A stretch of DNA of 64,000 bases from Myxococcales bacterium (GTDB lineage Bacteria > Myxococcota_A > UBA9042 > JABWCM01 > BTVJ01): NCBI GenBank assembly GCA_045863395.1, contig BTVJ01000003.1, forward strand, positions 64,001 through 128,000. Direction: 5' to 3'. A model generated the notes under the pieces. It searched no databases, was not told the DNA's origin, and worked only from the letters and a program-made list of their open reading frames with translations. Both the position numbers and the translations under genes were made by a program. Within the stretch, counting starts at the first letter, position 1; each line of letters opens with the position of its first letter. This document shows positions 38,238-48,122 of the stretch, piece after piece.

Positions 38238-39104
38238 GTGAGACCCGACGAGCTTCGATGGACCCACGCGGTGCCCGACCTGCCAGACGCGAGGCGCGTC
38301 GACGTCAAGTGGCTCGGGACGGCCGGTTACGAGCTGCGGTGCGGTGACCACGTCATCCTCATCGACCCCTACGTGACGCGGGTCGGGCTGTGGGGGTTCC
38401 TGACCGGCCCCATCCGGAGCGACGAGGCGCTCGCCTCGCGGGTGGTGCCCGTGGCGGACGCGATCCTCGTCGGGCACAGCCACTTCGACCACGTCCTGGA
38501 CGTGCCCGCCATCGCCCGGGCGACCGGCGCGCGGGTCATCGGCTCGTCGTCCACCGCCAACCTCATGCGCTCGGCCGGGCTGCCCGAGGCCCAGATTACG
38601 CCCTGCAGCGGGGGCGAGGAGCTCGAAGTAGGGCCGTTCCGGGTCCGGGTCGTCCCGTCGGAGCACAGCCGGTTTGCCCTCGGTGGCCGGGTCCCCTACG
38701 CGGGCGAGATCCCGTGCTCCTGCGACCTCCCCATGCGTGGCAAGGACTACAAGTGCGGGCAGGTGTTGTCCTACTCGATTCGTGTCGGCGGGGTGACCCT
38801 GTACCACGCCGGGAGCGCCAACCTGCTCGACGACGCCATCCAAGACCGGGACGTGGATCTGCTGCTGGTGTGCATCTCCGGGCGCCAGGCGACCGAGCGG
38901 TTCGTGCCCCGTCTGCTCTCGCGCGTTCAGCCGCGCCGCGTCATGCCCATGCACTATGACGACTTCTTCCGGCCCCTGGACCGCGACATGAAGCTGCTGC
39001 CCATGACGCGCTTCGGGCGGCTCGTCGATGAGATCCAGGCATTCGACAAGCAGATCGAGATCGCGACCCTGCCGCTCTCCGGGAGCCTGTCCCTGGCGAT
39101 CTGA
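38238..39104 (+). CDS. MBL-fold metallo-hydrolase (UlaG-like)
   Basis: WLGTAG, LIDPY, GHSHFDH and PMHYD. Confidence 0.88.
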   Translation: MRPDELRWTHAVPDLPDARRVDVKWLGTAGYELRCGDHVILIDPYVTRVGLWGFLTGPIRSDEALASRVVPVADAILVGHSHFDHVLDVPAIARATGARVIGSSSTANLMRSAGLPEAQITPCSGGEELEVGPFRVRVVPSEHSRFALGGRVPYAGEIPCSCDLPMRGKDYKCGQVLSYSIRVGGVTLYHAGSANLLDDAIQDRDVDLLLVCISGRQATERFVPRLLSRVQPRRVMPMHYDDFFRPLDRDMKLLPMTRFGRLVDEIQAFDKQIEIATLPLSGSLSLAI

Positions 39105-39120
39105 GGGCGGCGGGTGCGTC

Positions 39121-39963
39121 CTAGGGTGTGATGCGGCGGTTGTCGATGAGGCGTGTCGAGCCATAGAAGGCTGCGACGGTGGCCTGGACCGGGCCCACGA
39201 TGTGGTCCACGTCGTCGAGGGTGTCTGGATCCACGAGGCGCACGTAATCTGCACGACCTCCGCTGGCGGCGATGTGGGCGTCCATGGCCCCATGGACGGC
39301 TGAGGCGGACCGCTCTCCGCCGTGGATCATGCGCTCCGCGAGCCTCAGCGACTCGGACAGCGCCAGGGCGCGCCGCCGCTCATCCGGTGACAGGTTCGCG
39401 TTGCGGGAGCTCATCGCCAGCCCGTCCGGCTCCCGGACGATGGGCCCGCCGATGATCTGAACGGGGATGTCCAGGTCCCGCACCAGGCGGCGGATGACCA
39501 GGAGCTGCTGGTAGTCCTTCTCGCCGAAGACGGCCACGTCCGGCTGGACGATGTTGAAGAGCTTGGTGCAGACCGTCGCGACCCCCCGGAAGTGGATCGG
39601 GCGGGAGAGGCCGCACAGGTGCTCGGGGAGGTGCTCCAGGCGGACCCAGGTCTCGAAGCCCGGGCCATACATTGCCTCCGGGGGGGGCGCGAACAGGGCG
39701 TCGGTGCCGGCAAGGCCGAGCTTGGCTCGATCACCCTGGTCGTCCCTCGGGTAGCGGTCCAGGTCCTCCGACGGGCCGAACTGGGTCGGGTTGACGAAGA
39801 TGCTGGCGACCACCCGCCTCGCGTGCTGGCGAGCGAGGGCGACGAGGGACAGGTGCCCCGCGTGGAGGTAGCCCATGGTGGGGACGAGGGCGACGGTCTC
39901 CCCGGCGCTGCGCCAGGCAGCGACCAGCGCGCGCACCTCGGCGACCTGGTGGATCACTTGCAT
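39121..39963 (-). CDS. panC: Pantoate--beta-alanine ligase
   Basis: VPTMGYLHAGH, FVNPTQF, FGEKDYQQ, GLAMSSRN and RLIDN. Confidence 0.97.
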   Translation of the reverse strand: MQVIHQVAEVRALVAAWRSAGETVALVPTMGYLHAGHLSLVALARQHARRVVASIFVNPTQFGPSEDLDRYPRDDQGDRAKLGLAGTDALFAPPPEAMYGPGFETWVRLEHLPEHLCGLSRPIHFRGVATVCTKLFNIVQPDVAVFGEKDYQQLLVIRRLVRDLDIPVQIIGGPIVREPDGLAMSSRNANLSPDERRRALALSESLRLAERMIHGGERSASAVHGAMDAHIAASGGRADYVRLVDPDTLDDVDHIVGPVQATVAAFYGSTRLIDNRRITP

Positions 39964-39980
39964 TGGGATGCTCCCCCGGC

Positions 39981-40838
39981 TCAGGCGTGTCCGTTGCCGC
40001 CGTAGACGTGGACGACAGCGTCGCGGGTGGGCCCGCCGATGGTGTGCTCGGGCCCCGGGAACGCGCCCGCCTTGACCTCGCCGACGTACTGGCTCACCGC
40101 GCCGCGGATCCGGTCGCCCAGCGAGTCGTAGGTCTTGAGGAACTTGGGCTGGAAGCCGTCGTTCATGCCCAGCATGTCGTAGCAGACGAGCACCTGGCCG
40201 TCGCAGGCAGGGCCGGCGCCGATGCCGATGGTGGGGATGGACAGGGTCTCCGTCACGCGCGCCGCCAGCGGGCCGGGGACGAGCTCCAGCACGACGGCGA
40301 AGCAGCCGGCGTCCTCGAGGGCGCGCGCGTCCTCGACCAGACGCTCCGCCTGCTCCGCGTCACGCCCCTGGACCTTGAAGCCGCCGAGCTGGTGGATGGA
40401 CTGGGGCGTCAGGCCGACGTGCCCCATGACCGGGATGCCGGCGGACACGAGGCGGCGAGCGGTGGTGGCCATGTCGCGGCCTCCCTCGATCTTGACCGCC
40501 TCGGCGCCGCCCTCCGCGATCAGGCGGCCAGCATTGCGCAGCGCCTCCTCGGGGGACACCTGGAACGAGAGGAATGGCATGTCTCCAACCAGGAGGGCGC
40601 GGGAGCGGCCGCGGGCGACGGCGGCGCAGTGGTAGACCATGTGATCCATGGTGACGGCGAGGGTGTTGGCGTGACCCTGGACGACCATCCCGAGGGAGTC
40701 GCCCACGAGCAGGATGTCCGCGCCCGCGCCGTCGAGCAGGCGGGCGAAGGTCGCGTCGTAGGCGGTTACCATCGCGATGGGCTCGCGCCGCTCCTTCATG
40801 CGGGCGAGCGCGGTCGTGGTTACCTTCCCTTTGTTCAT
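39981..40838 (-). CDS. panB: 3-methyl-2-oxobutanoate hydroxymethyltransferase
   Basis: [28 protein letters not shown] and GIGAG...DGQVLV. Start MNKGK at 40838. Confidence 0.97.
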   Translation of the reverse strand: MNKGKVTTTALARMKERREPIAMVTAYDATFARLLDGAGADILLVGDSLGMVVQGHANTLAVTMDHMVYHCAAVARGRSRALLVGDMPFLSFQVSPEEALRNAGRLIAEGGAEAVKIEGGRDMATTARRLVSAGIPVMGHVGLTPQSIHQLGGFKVQGRDAEQAERLVEDARALEDAGCFAVVLELVPGPLAARVTETLSIPTIGIGAGPACDGQVLVCYDMLGMNDGFQPKFLKTYDSLGDRIRGAVSQYVGEVKAGAFPGPEHTIGGPTRDAVVHVYGGNGHA

Positions 40839-40879
40839 GGCTAGGCTCCTCGACAGGATTCGGTCGGTGAGTGGGGACC

Positions 40880-40912
40880 CCTCGTCCCGGTCCGATGCGG
40901 TTCCGGGCAAGG
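40880..40912 (-). ncRNA. pan-motif-like cis-regulatory hairpin in the panB leader
   Basis: CCUUG-CCCGG-AA-CC[GCAUC]GG-A-CCGGG-A-CGAGG is a hairpin with unpaired A residues, directly after the predicted promoter and 5' of panB. Confidence 0.65.
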
Positions 40913-40919
40913 TGGCGAA

Positions 40920-40949
40920 ATGCTATCTGTCTCGCTGCCCTGGCGTCAA
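40920..40949 (-). promoter_or_regulatory. Sigma70-type promoter of panBC
   Basis: TTGACG-N18-TAGCAT. Confidence 0.6.
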
Positions 40950-41093
40950 CCGCGCCTCGTGGCGCGCGGAGGCGGTGGTCGGTAGAGCTGCCCTGGCCGA
41001 GCTGGGCGGCGGTGGCGATCATTGGTGCGGAAAGTACCGATTTTTGGCTATTTTCAACTGGTTGTCCGTGCCGCTCAGGGCCCATCGTGTCTG

Positions 41094-41122
41094 TTGACAC
41101 CCTTCGGATCGTGGTCTATAGT
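41094..41122 (+). promoter_or_regulatory. Near-consensus sigma70 promoter of the GT2 gene
   Basis: TTGACA-N17-TATAGT. Confidence 0.75.
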
Positions 41123-41222
41123 CCCGCCACTTCGAGCGGTCCCTTTCACCGTGCCGGTGGGATGCGCGAGCTGTCGTACCTCATGAATCGGTCCGGTCGA
41201 TGCGTCTGCGGGCAACGAGCGG

Positions 41223-42716
41223 ATGCACGACCGACCTCTGACTGTCCTGGCTGCCATGTCGTTTGAGACCGTGTTTCTGGGCGTGTATGCCTCCTTGCTG
41301 GTATTCCTCAGCATTTACGGGCTTCATCGCTACTACATGGCTTTCCTCTATTTCCGGCACAAGCGCAACGTGCCGGTGCCGAAGGCCATCCTGACGGATC
41401 TGCCGCCTGTAACCATCCAGCTCCCCATGTTCAATGAGCAGTACGTGGCGGAGCGCCTGATCGAGGCGACCTGTCGCATCCGCTATCCCAAGGATCGCCT
41501 CGAGATCCAGGTCCTCGACGACTCGACGGACGAGACGAGGGAGGTGGCACGCCAGTGCGTGGAGCGCATGCGGGCCGATGGTTACGACATCGTCTACATT
41601 CACCGCGAGAACCGTAACGGGTACAAGGCGGGGGCCCTCGAGGCCGGGTTGAAGGTGGCGAAGGGCGATCTGGTCGCGGTCTTCGATGCGGACTTCCTGC
41701 CCGAGGCCGACTTCCTGGAGAAGACCGTCCACTATTTCAGCGACGACGGCGTCGGGATGGTCCAGGTCAGGTGGGGTCACTTGAACCGGCGCTTCTCGCT
41801 GCTCACGCGGGCGCAGGCGGTCCTCCTGGATGGGCACTTCATCCTGGAGTCCTGCGCGCGGCACCGCTCGGGGCGCTTCTTCAACTTCAACGGGACGGCG
41901 GGCATCTGGCGGCGGCAGGCCATCGAGGAGGCGGGGGGCTGGCAGCACGACACGCTCACCGAGGACCTCGACCTGAGCTATCGCGCACAGCTCGTCGGCT
42001 GGCGGTTCGTGTTCCTCAAGGATGTGGTCTCCCCTGCGGAGATCCCCGTGGAGATGAACTCCTTCAAGAGCCAGCAGCACCGGTGGGCCAAGGGGTCCAT
42101 CCAAACCGCGCGCAAGCTGCTGCCCAAGATCCTGAAGAGCGACCTGCCGTTCATGGTCAAGCTCGAGGCGTTCTTCCACCTGACCAACAACATCGCCCAC
42201 CCGTTCATGGTGCTGCTCAGCCTGCTGATGCCGGCGAGCTTGATCATCCGGCTCCAGTGGAACTTCCCCGGGCACCTGTTCCTGGACATCCCCATCTTCC
42301 TCCTGGCGACCGTCTCCATCGGCGTGTTCTACGTCTACGCGCAGAAGGAGGTCGGCATCGGCCTCGTGGAGCGCATGAAGTACCTCCCGGCCGTGCTCTC
42401 CGTGGGCATCGGGCTGTGCATCAACCAGAGCAAGGCCGTGCTGGAGGCGCTGTTCGGCATCCAGAGCGGGTTCACGCGCACGCCGAAGTACAACGTCGTT
42501 GCCACCAACAAGGACTGGCTGAAGAAGCGGAACTACCATCGCAAGTTCGACTGGCTCCCCTACGTGGAGCTGGCCCTTGGCCTGTGGTTCACCTTCGCCG
42601 TCGTCTACTCGTTGGTGGTCAAGGCGTGGATGGCGACGCCCTTCATGATGCTCTTCCAGTTCGGCTTCCTCTACGTGTCCCTCCTGTCCTTCCTGCAGAC
42701 GCGCGCTCACGCCTGA
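41223..42716 (+). CDS. Processive family-2 glycosyltransferase (cellulose-synthase-like)
   Basis: DDSTD, YKAGAL, FDADF, TEDLD and QQHRW (D,D,D,QxxRW), with N- and C-terminal TM helices. Start at 41223 or 41256. Confidence 0.92.
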   Translation: MHDRPLTVLAAMSFETVFLGVYASLLVFLSIYGLHRYYMAFLYFRHKRNVPVPKAILTDLPPVTIQLPMFNEQYVAERLIEATCRIRYPKDRLEIQVLDDSTDETREVARQCVERMRADGYDIVYIHRENRNGYKAGALEAGLKVAKGDLVAVFDADFLPEADFLEKTVHYFSDDGVGMVQVRWGHLNRRFSLLTRAQAVLLDGHFILESCARHRSGRFFNFNGTAGIWRRQAIEEAGGWQHDTLTEDLDLSYRAQLVGWRFVFLKDVVSPAEIPVEMNSFKSQQHRWAKGSIQTARKLLPKILKSDLPFMVKLEAFFHLTNNIAHPFMVLLSLLMPASLIIRLQWNFPGHLFLDIPIFLLATVSIGVFYVYAQKEVGIGLVERMKYLPAVLSVGIGLCINQSKAVLEALFGIQSGFTRTPKYNVVATNKDWLKKRNYHRKFDWLPYVELALGLWFTFAVVYSLVVKAWMATPFMMLFQFGFLYVSLLSFLQTRAHA

Positions 42717-42892
42717 CCCGGCGAGGCTGCTCGGCACCCTCCAAGCCCCTCGTGGACGCCTCCGGCGACCGGCAGTATGCTCCGTCTACGCAGAGACACG
42801 ACGGTCCGTGCCCCCACGGCGAGACGTCTGCCGCCCTGCTGATCGAGGCGCACCCCGCCCCGCTCGTTGCACTAGATCTGATGAGGGACCCT

Positions 42893-45800
42893 ATGAGCGT
42901 GTGGACCAGGATTCTCCTCGCGTTGGCGCTGGGTGTCATGGGGTGCGGTGCCGACGGCGAGACGCCGCTTCCCTCCGGGGATGCGGGTGCGGCCTCCGAT
43001 GCCGGGGACGGCGGCGACGGGGGCGGTGCCGATGCGGGCGCCGACAGCGGGGGAGGGGCGCTGGACGTGCTGGACGGCTCCGATGGTCCTGCGGATGGGG
43101 GTGAGGTCCCGGGCCTGGACGTCGCTGGGGTCGACGCCCACGGCGGGGATGGGGTGGCAGAGGACGTCTCCACCCCCGAGTGCGCGACCGACGAGGAGTG
43201 CGCCGCCGGCGACCCGGACCTGTGCGACGGGGCCCGGCACTGCGTGGAGGGCGCCTGCGTCGAGTCGGGCGAGGCGGTGCAGTGCCCCGCGGACCCGCCA
43301 GGCGGGTGCGCCGCCTGGGCGTGCGTGCCCGCGACGGGGCAGTGCGTGAAGGGCCCACGGCCGGACGGCGCCTCCTGTGACGATGGCGACGCGTGCACCG
43401 CCAAGGACGCCTGCGTGGGCGGGGCGTGCGCGGGGACGCCGGGACCCTGCCCGTGCGCCACCATCGCGGACTGCGCGCCGTGGGAGGACGGGGACCTGTG
43501 CAACGGGACGCTCGCCTGCAAGCCCGGCGGCTGCGTCATCGACGCGACCACCATCGTCTCCTGCGAGGGCGAGGGAGGCAACTGCACCACCTCGACCTGC
43601 AACAAGGCAACGGGGCTCTGCGTTGTCGTGGGCTCGGTGGACGGCGCGCCGTGCGACGACGGCGACGCCTGCACCGTCGGGACGGTCTGTGACGGCGGCG
43701 CGTGCGGCGGCGGGACGCAGGCGAGCTGCGACGACGGCGCTCCCTGTACGGCGGACTCCTGCGTTGATGGCGTGTGCCAGTATCTGCCGGTGCAGGGTTG
43801 CCTCCCCTGCGCGGCGTCCGCCGACTGCGGCGACGGCAAGCCCTGCACCACCGACGTCTGCGCCGGGGGCGTCTGCTCTTGGGCGCCCAAGGCCGGGTGC
43901 TCCGGGTGCGCGGCCCACGCGGACTGCAACGACGGCAACGCGTGCAGCGCCGACATCTGCGCGGGTGGCTCCTGCACATGGGTGCCCGCTGCGCAGTGCG
44001 TGCCTTGCGTGTCGGACGCCGGGTGTGGCGATGGGAACCCGTGCACTGCGGACTCGTGCACCGCCGGCAAGTGCGCCAACGCGCCCCTCGCCGGGTGCAC
44101 GGGGTGCTCCGACGACATCGACTGCTCCGACGGCGACGCGTGCACGTCGGACGAGTGCGGCGCCGCAGGGTGCAGCCACGGCGGCGTGGCCGGGTGCCGG
44201 GCGTGCGTCTGGGCGTCCGAGTGCGGTGACGGGGACCCGTGCACCGTCGATGGCTGCGTGAGCGGCGCCTGTGCGTACGCTCCGATTGGAGGGTGTGCAG
44301 GCTGCACGAGCGCTGACGAGTGCAGCGACGGCAACGCATGCACCACCGACTCGTGCGTGTCGGGCGGTTGCCAGCACGCCCTGGTGAGCGCGTGCACGCC
44401 CTGCGGGAGCGCCGCGGACTGTGGGGATGGGGATCCCTGCACCAAGGACGGGTGCCTCATGGGGGCGTGCGTCAACACGCCCCTGGAGGACTGCACCGCC
44501 TGTGGATCCTCTGCGGACTGCAACGACGGGAACGCCTGCACGGGCGACGCGTGTGTCGCGGGGGACTGTGCGTACACGAAGATCCCGGGCTGCATTCCGT
44601 GCAAAGGTGCCGCGGACTGCGGGGACGGCGACCCCTGCACCACCGACGGCTGCGCTGCGGGCGCCTGCGTCTCGGCGCCGGTGCCCGGGTGCGCCGGGTG
44701 CTCGGGGCATGCCGAGTGCAACGACGGCAACGCGTGCACGACGGACGCCTGCGTCGGGGGGGCGTGCCAGCACACCCAGCTCCCCGGGTGCACGAAGTGC
44801 GGGACCGACGGGGACTGCGCCGATGGTGACGGCTGCACCAAGGACTCCTGCGCCGCGGGGGCGTGCATCAACGCGGTCGTGGTCGGGTGCAAGCCGTGCA
44901 AGGGCGCCGCGGACTGCGATGACGGCGACGGCTGCACGAGCGACGCGTGCGCGGGCGGCGCGTGCGCCTGGAGCGGCGTCCCCGGGTGCAAGCCCTGCGC
45001 GGTCGCCGCCGCATGCGACGACGGGGACCCTTGCACCACGGAGAGCTGCGATCAGAAGGCGTGCGTCCACGTGACGGTGCCGGCGTGCGGGGAGTGCGGG
45101 CCGGAGGTGGGCTGCGACGACGGGTGCCCATGCACGGTCGACGAGTGCCAAGACGGCGTGTGCGTCCACGCTCCGGTGCCTGGGTGCCTCGAGTGCGTCA
45201 CACACGGCGACTGCGACGACGGCGACCCATGCACGGTCGACACGTGCGATCCGGGTGGCGCATGCGGGTGCAAGAGCGAGCCGATCCTCGGGTGCGTGAA
45301 CTGCCTGCTCGACGCCCACTGCGGTGATGGAGACCCCTGCACCATCGACACGTGCATCGGGCTCGAGTGCGCGCACTCCGTGGTGCCGGGCTGCGTCCCC
45401 TGCGGTGACGCCGGCGACTGTGACGACGGGGTGGTGTGTACCGAGGACCTGTGCGTCGAGCCGGGGCTGTGCGAGCACCAGGACCTCGGCGGGTGCACTG
45501 GTGTCCCCTGCGCGGCGGGCGAGTGCGACGACGGCGACGGCTGCACGGTCGACGCGTGCATCGCTGGGAGCTACTGCACCTTCACGGTCATCGACGGGTG
45601 CATGGAGTGCGCGTCCGACGGCGACTGCGACGACGGCGACGGCTGCACTGCCGACGCCTGCACGGGCGAGGGCAAGTGTACGCACGACGCGGCGCCCGGG
45701 TGCGTGAGCTGCGAGACGGCGACCGACTGCTCCGTGGAGCCGTGCGAGGCGGCGACGTGCGCGGAGGGCGTGTGTGTCGTGGCGGCGGTCCCCGGGTGTA

Positions 45801-47002
45801 CCCCCTGCGTCGCCGGCTGCGACGATGGGGATGCCTGCACCGACGACGCCTGCGACGAGGGGGGCGCGTGCGCTCATGTCCCGGTCACCCCGTGTGTGCC
45901 GTGCTCCGTCGCAGGCGACTGCGATGACGGGTCACCCTGCACCGTCGACACCTGCGCCCCCATTGGAGTCTGTCGCTACATCGCCGTTTCGGGGTGTCTG
46001 CCGTGCCTGGGGCCCGCCTCCTGCGCCGACGGAGACCCCTGCTCGGAAGACGCGTGCACGGACGGGGCGTGCCGGTGGACCTTGGCGTCGGGCTGCGCCC
46101 CCTGCGATGAGGACGTCGAGTGCGGTGACGGCGCACCTTGCACCGATGACGTGTGCGGACCCGACGGGGTGTGTCGCCACCTGCCCGTGCCCGGGTGCTT
46201 GCCCTGCGCGGGGGGATGCGCAGGCGTGTGCGTGGAGGGCACGTGCGGAGTCGACCAGACCTGCGTGTTCGTACCCGCGGACGGGTGCGCACCGTGCGCC
46301 GTTGGTTGCGACGACGGCGATCCGTGTACCTGGGACGTGTGCAATGACGCGGGCGCGTGTGTGAGCGGGCCCGTGGCCGGGTGCTCCCCCTGCGGCGCGG
46401 ACACGGACTGCGACGACGGGGACCCGTGTACCGTCGACGCCTGCGCTCCGGCTGGCGTGTGCACCCACGCCGCGACCCTCGGGTGCGTGCCTTGTGCCGC
46501 CCCCGAGGCGTGCGACGACGGCGACGGCTGCACGGCTGACGAGTGCCTGGACGGCGTGTGCGCGCGCTCGCTGGTGGACGGGTGCCCTCCCTGCGAGGAG
46601 GCGGCCTCCTGCAACGACGGGGACGCCTGCACGGCGGACCTGTGCAGCATCGGCGGGCTGTGCGAGCACGAGGCCGTCGCGGGGTGCCGGGCATGCACCG
46701 GAGCCGGCTCTTGGGAGTGCGACGACGGCAACGCCTGCACCGCGGACTCGTGCCAGGGCGGGGCGTGCGTGAGCAGCGCCTACCCGGGCTGCCTCCCCTG
46801 CGCGACGGCCGCGGACTGCACCGACCCAGACCCTTGCACGGCGGAGGCCTGCGCCTCCGGGACGTGCTACTACCCCGCCGCGGCCGGGGTCCCCGGCTGC
46901 GAGACCTGCGTCAGCGCCGCCGACTGCAACGACGGGAACCCATGCACCATCGATAGCTGCCCGCCGTCTGGGCTGTGCGCCCACTTCAACTTCTGTAACT
47001 GA
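42893..47002 (+). CDS. Large Cys-rich repeat lipoprotein (~1370 aa)
   Basis: Signal ending VMGC, an Asp/Gly linker, then over 30 copies of CxDGxxCTxDxC-containing repeats, mostly ~34 aa long. Confidence 0.9.
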   Translation: MSVWTRILLALALGVMGCGADGETPLPSGDAGAASDAGDGGDGGGADAGADSGGGALDVLDGSDGPADGGEVPGLDVAGVDAHGGDGVAEDVSTPECATDEECAAGDPDLCDGARHCVEGACVESGEAVQCPADPPGGCAAWACVPATGQCVKGPRPDGASCDDGDACTAKDACVGGACAGTPGPCPCATIADCAPWEDGDLCNGTLACKPGGCVIDATTIVSCEGEGGNCTTSTCNKATGLCVVVGSVDGAPCDDGDACTVGTVCDGGACGGGTQASCDDGAPCTADSCVDGVCQYLPVQGCLPCAASADCGDGKPCTTDVCAGGVCSWAPKAGCSGCAAHADCNDGNACSADICAGGSCTWVPAAQCVPCVSDAGCGDGNPCTADSCTAGKCANAPLAGCTGCSDDIDCSDGDACTSDECGAAGCSHGGVAGCRACVWASECGDGDPCTVDGCVSGACAYAPIGGCAGCTSADECSDGNACTTDSCVSGGCQHALVSACTPCGSAADCGDGDPCTKDGCLMGACVNTPLEDCTACGSSADCNDGNACTGDACVAGDCAYTKIPGCIPCKGAADCGDGDPCTTDGCAAGACVSAPVPGCAGCSGHAECNDGNACTTDACVGGACQHTQLPGCTKCGTDGDCADGDGCTKDSCAAGACINAVVVGCKPCKGAADCDDGDGCTSDACAGGACAWSGVPGCKPCAVAAACDDGDPCTTESCDQKACVHVTVPACGECGPEVGCDDGCPCTVDECQDGVCVHAPVPGCLECVTHGDCDDGDPCTVDTCDPGGACGCKSEPILGCVNCLLDAHCGDGDPCTIDTCIGLECAHSVVPGCVPCGDAGDCDDGVVCTEDLCVEPGLCEHQDLGGCTGVPCAAGECDDGDGCTVDACIAGSYCTFTVIDGCMECASDGDCDDGDGCTADACTGEGKCTHDAAPGCVSCETATDCSVEPCEAATCAEGVCVVAAVPGCTPCVAGCDDGDACTDDACDEGGACAHVPVTPCVPCSVAGDCDDGSPCTVDTCAPIGVCRYIAVSGCLPCLGPASCADGDPCSEDACTDGACRWTLASGCAPCDEDVECGDGAPCTDDVCGPDGVCRHLPVPGCLPCAGGCAGVCVEGTCGVDQTCVFVPADGCAPCAVGCDDGDPCTWDVCNDAGACVSGPVAGCSPCGADTDCDDGDPCTVDACAPAGVCTHAATLGCVPCAAPEACDDGDGCTADECLDGVCARSLVDGCPPCEEAASCNDGDACTADLCSIGGLCEHEAVAGCRACTGAGSWECDDGNACTADSCQGGACVSSAYPGCLPCATAADCTDPDPCTAEACASGTCYYPAAAGVPGCETCVSAADCNDGNPCTIDSCPPSGLCAHFNFCN

Positions 47003-47045
47003 CGGACGTGCCGCACGGGTCGCGGCGCACTCGGCCGAGCGCCGG

Positions 47046-47798
47046 TCAGCGCGGCCGGGCATGCAGCAGGAACTCCACGTTGCCCTTGGTGCCCGTGATG
47101 GGCGACTCCATGGTGCCCGCCACCGGCCAACCGAGGTGACCCCCGCACAGAGCCACGATGCCGGCCAGCGCGCGCTCCCGGGCCGCCGGATCGCGCACGA
47201 TCCCCCCCTTGCCCACCTCCGCGTGCCCGACCTCGAACTGGGGCTTGACCAAGGCGATGACGTCGGCGGGGCGTCGAAGCACCGTGCCCAGCACCGGGAG
47301 GATCAGGCGAAGGGAGATGAAGGACACGTCGACCACGGCCAGGTCGGCGCCGGCGGCCGCGATGGCCGCGTGCAGGGGCGACTCCGGGAGCAGCCGGAAG
47401 TTCAGCCGCTCGTGGACCTGCACTCGTGGGTCGCTTCGGATGCGCCAGTCGAGCTGATTCGAGCCGACGTCGATGGCGATGACCCGGGCAGCGCCGCGCT
47501 GAAGCAGGCAGTCGGTGAAGCCGCCGGTGCTCGCCCCCACGTCGAGGGCCGTGCGGCCCGTGGGGTCCACGCCGAAGTGATCGAGGGCTCCGGCCAGCTT
47601 CAGTCCGCCGCGCGAGACGTAGGGGCAGGGGTCGCGGAGCACACGGATGACCGCTGACTCCTTGATGGGCGTGCCCGGCTTGTCCACGAGGCGCTCGTCG
47701 ACCCGCACCTCACCGGCGCGGATCAGGCCCTGGGCGCGCTCGCGGGTCTCGGCGAGGCCTCGCTCGACCAGGAGCTGGTCGAGACGGCGGCGTGTCAA
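47046..47798 (-). CDS. tlyA: TlyA family rRNA 2'-O-methyltransferase
   Basis: S4 domain RLDQLLVERG, YVSRGGLKL, DVGASTGGFTDCLLQ, DVSFISL, KPQFE and SPITGTKGNVEFL. The TTG start overlaps the xseB stop. Confidence 0.95.
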   Translation of the reverse strand: MTRRRLDQLLVERGLAETRERAQGLIRAGEVRVDERLVDKPGTPIKESAVIRVLRDPCPYVSRGGLKLAGALDHFGVDPTGRTALDVGASTGGFTDCLLQRGAARVIAIDVGSNQLDWRIRSDPRVQVHERLNFRLLPESPLHAAIAAAGADLAVVDVSFISLRLILPVLGTVLRRPADVIALVKPQFEVGHAEVGKGGIVRDPAARERALAGIVALCGGHLGWPVAGTMESPITGTKGNVEFLLHARPR

Positions 47799-48061
47799 CG
47801 GGGCTCCTCCGGGCCCTCGAAGGGCTGGATCTGCGGGTCCCCATCGGGCCCCCGCAGCAGGACCTCGACCCGCCGCTCTGCCTGGTCCAGCAGCGTAGAC
47901 CCCTGGCGCGACAGGGCCATGCCGCGCTCGAACAGCCGCAGCGACTCGTCGAGGGGCAGGTTGCCGGCCTCCAGGCGCGCGACCAGGGTCTCCAGCTCCG
48001 TCAGGATGGTCTCGAAGGGCGGCGGGCCCTCTGTGGCGGGCGCGTCGGGGCTCTCGGACAT
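47795..48061 (-). CDS. xseB: Exodeoxyribonuclease VII small subunit
   Basis: FETILTELETLVARLEAGNLPLDESLRLFERG...LDQAERRV; GGAGGAG RBS. Confidence 0.93.
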   Translation of the reverse strand: MSESPDAPATEGPPPFETILTELETLVARLEAGNLPLDESLRLFERGMALSRQGSTLLDQAERRVEVLLRGPDGDPQIQPFEGPEEPR

Positions 48062-48122
48062 CGGCTCCTCCGTGGTCATGGACGCGGGCGAGTATAGGGG
48101 CGGCGCCGCCGGCTGTCACCCG

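Noticed and set aside
41051..41064. IHF-like site TTTCAACTGGTTG between panB and the GT2 gene
   Set aside because: A single imperfect match with no associated sigma54 promoter; too weak to call.
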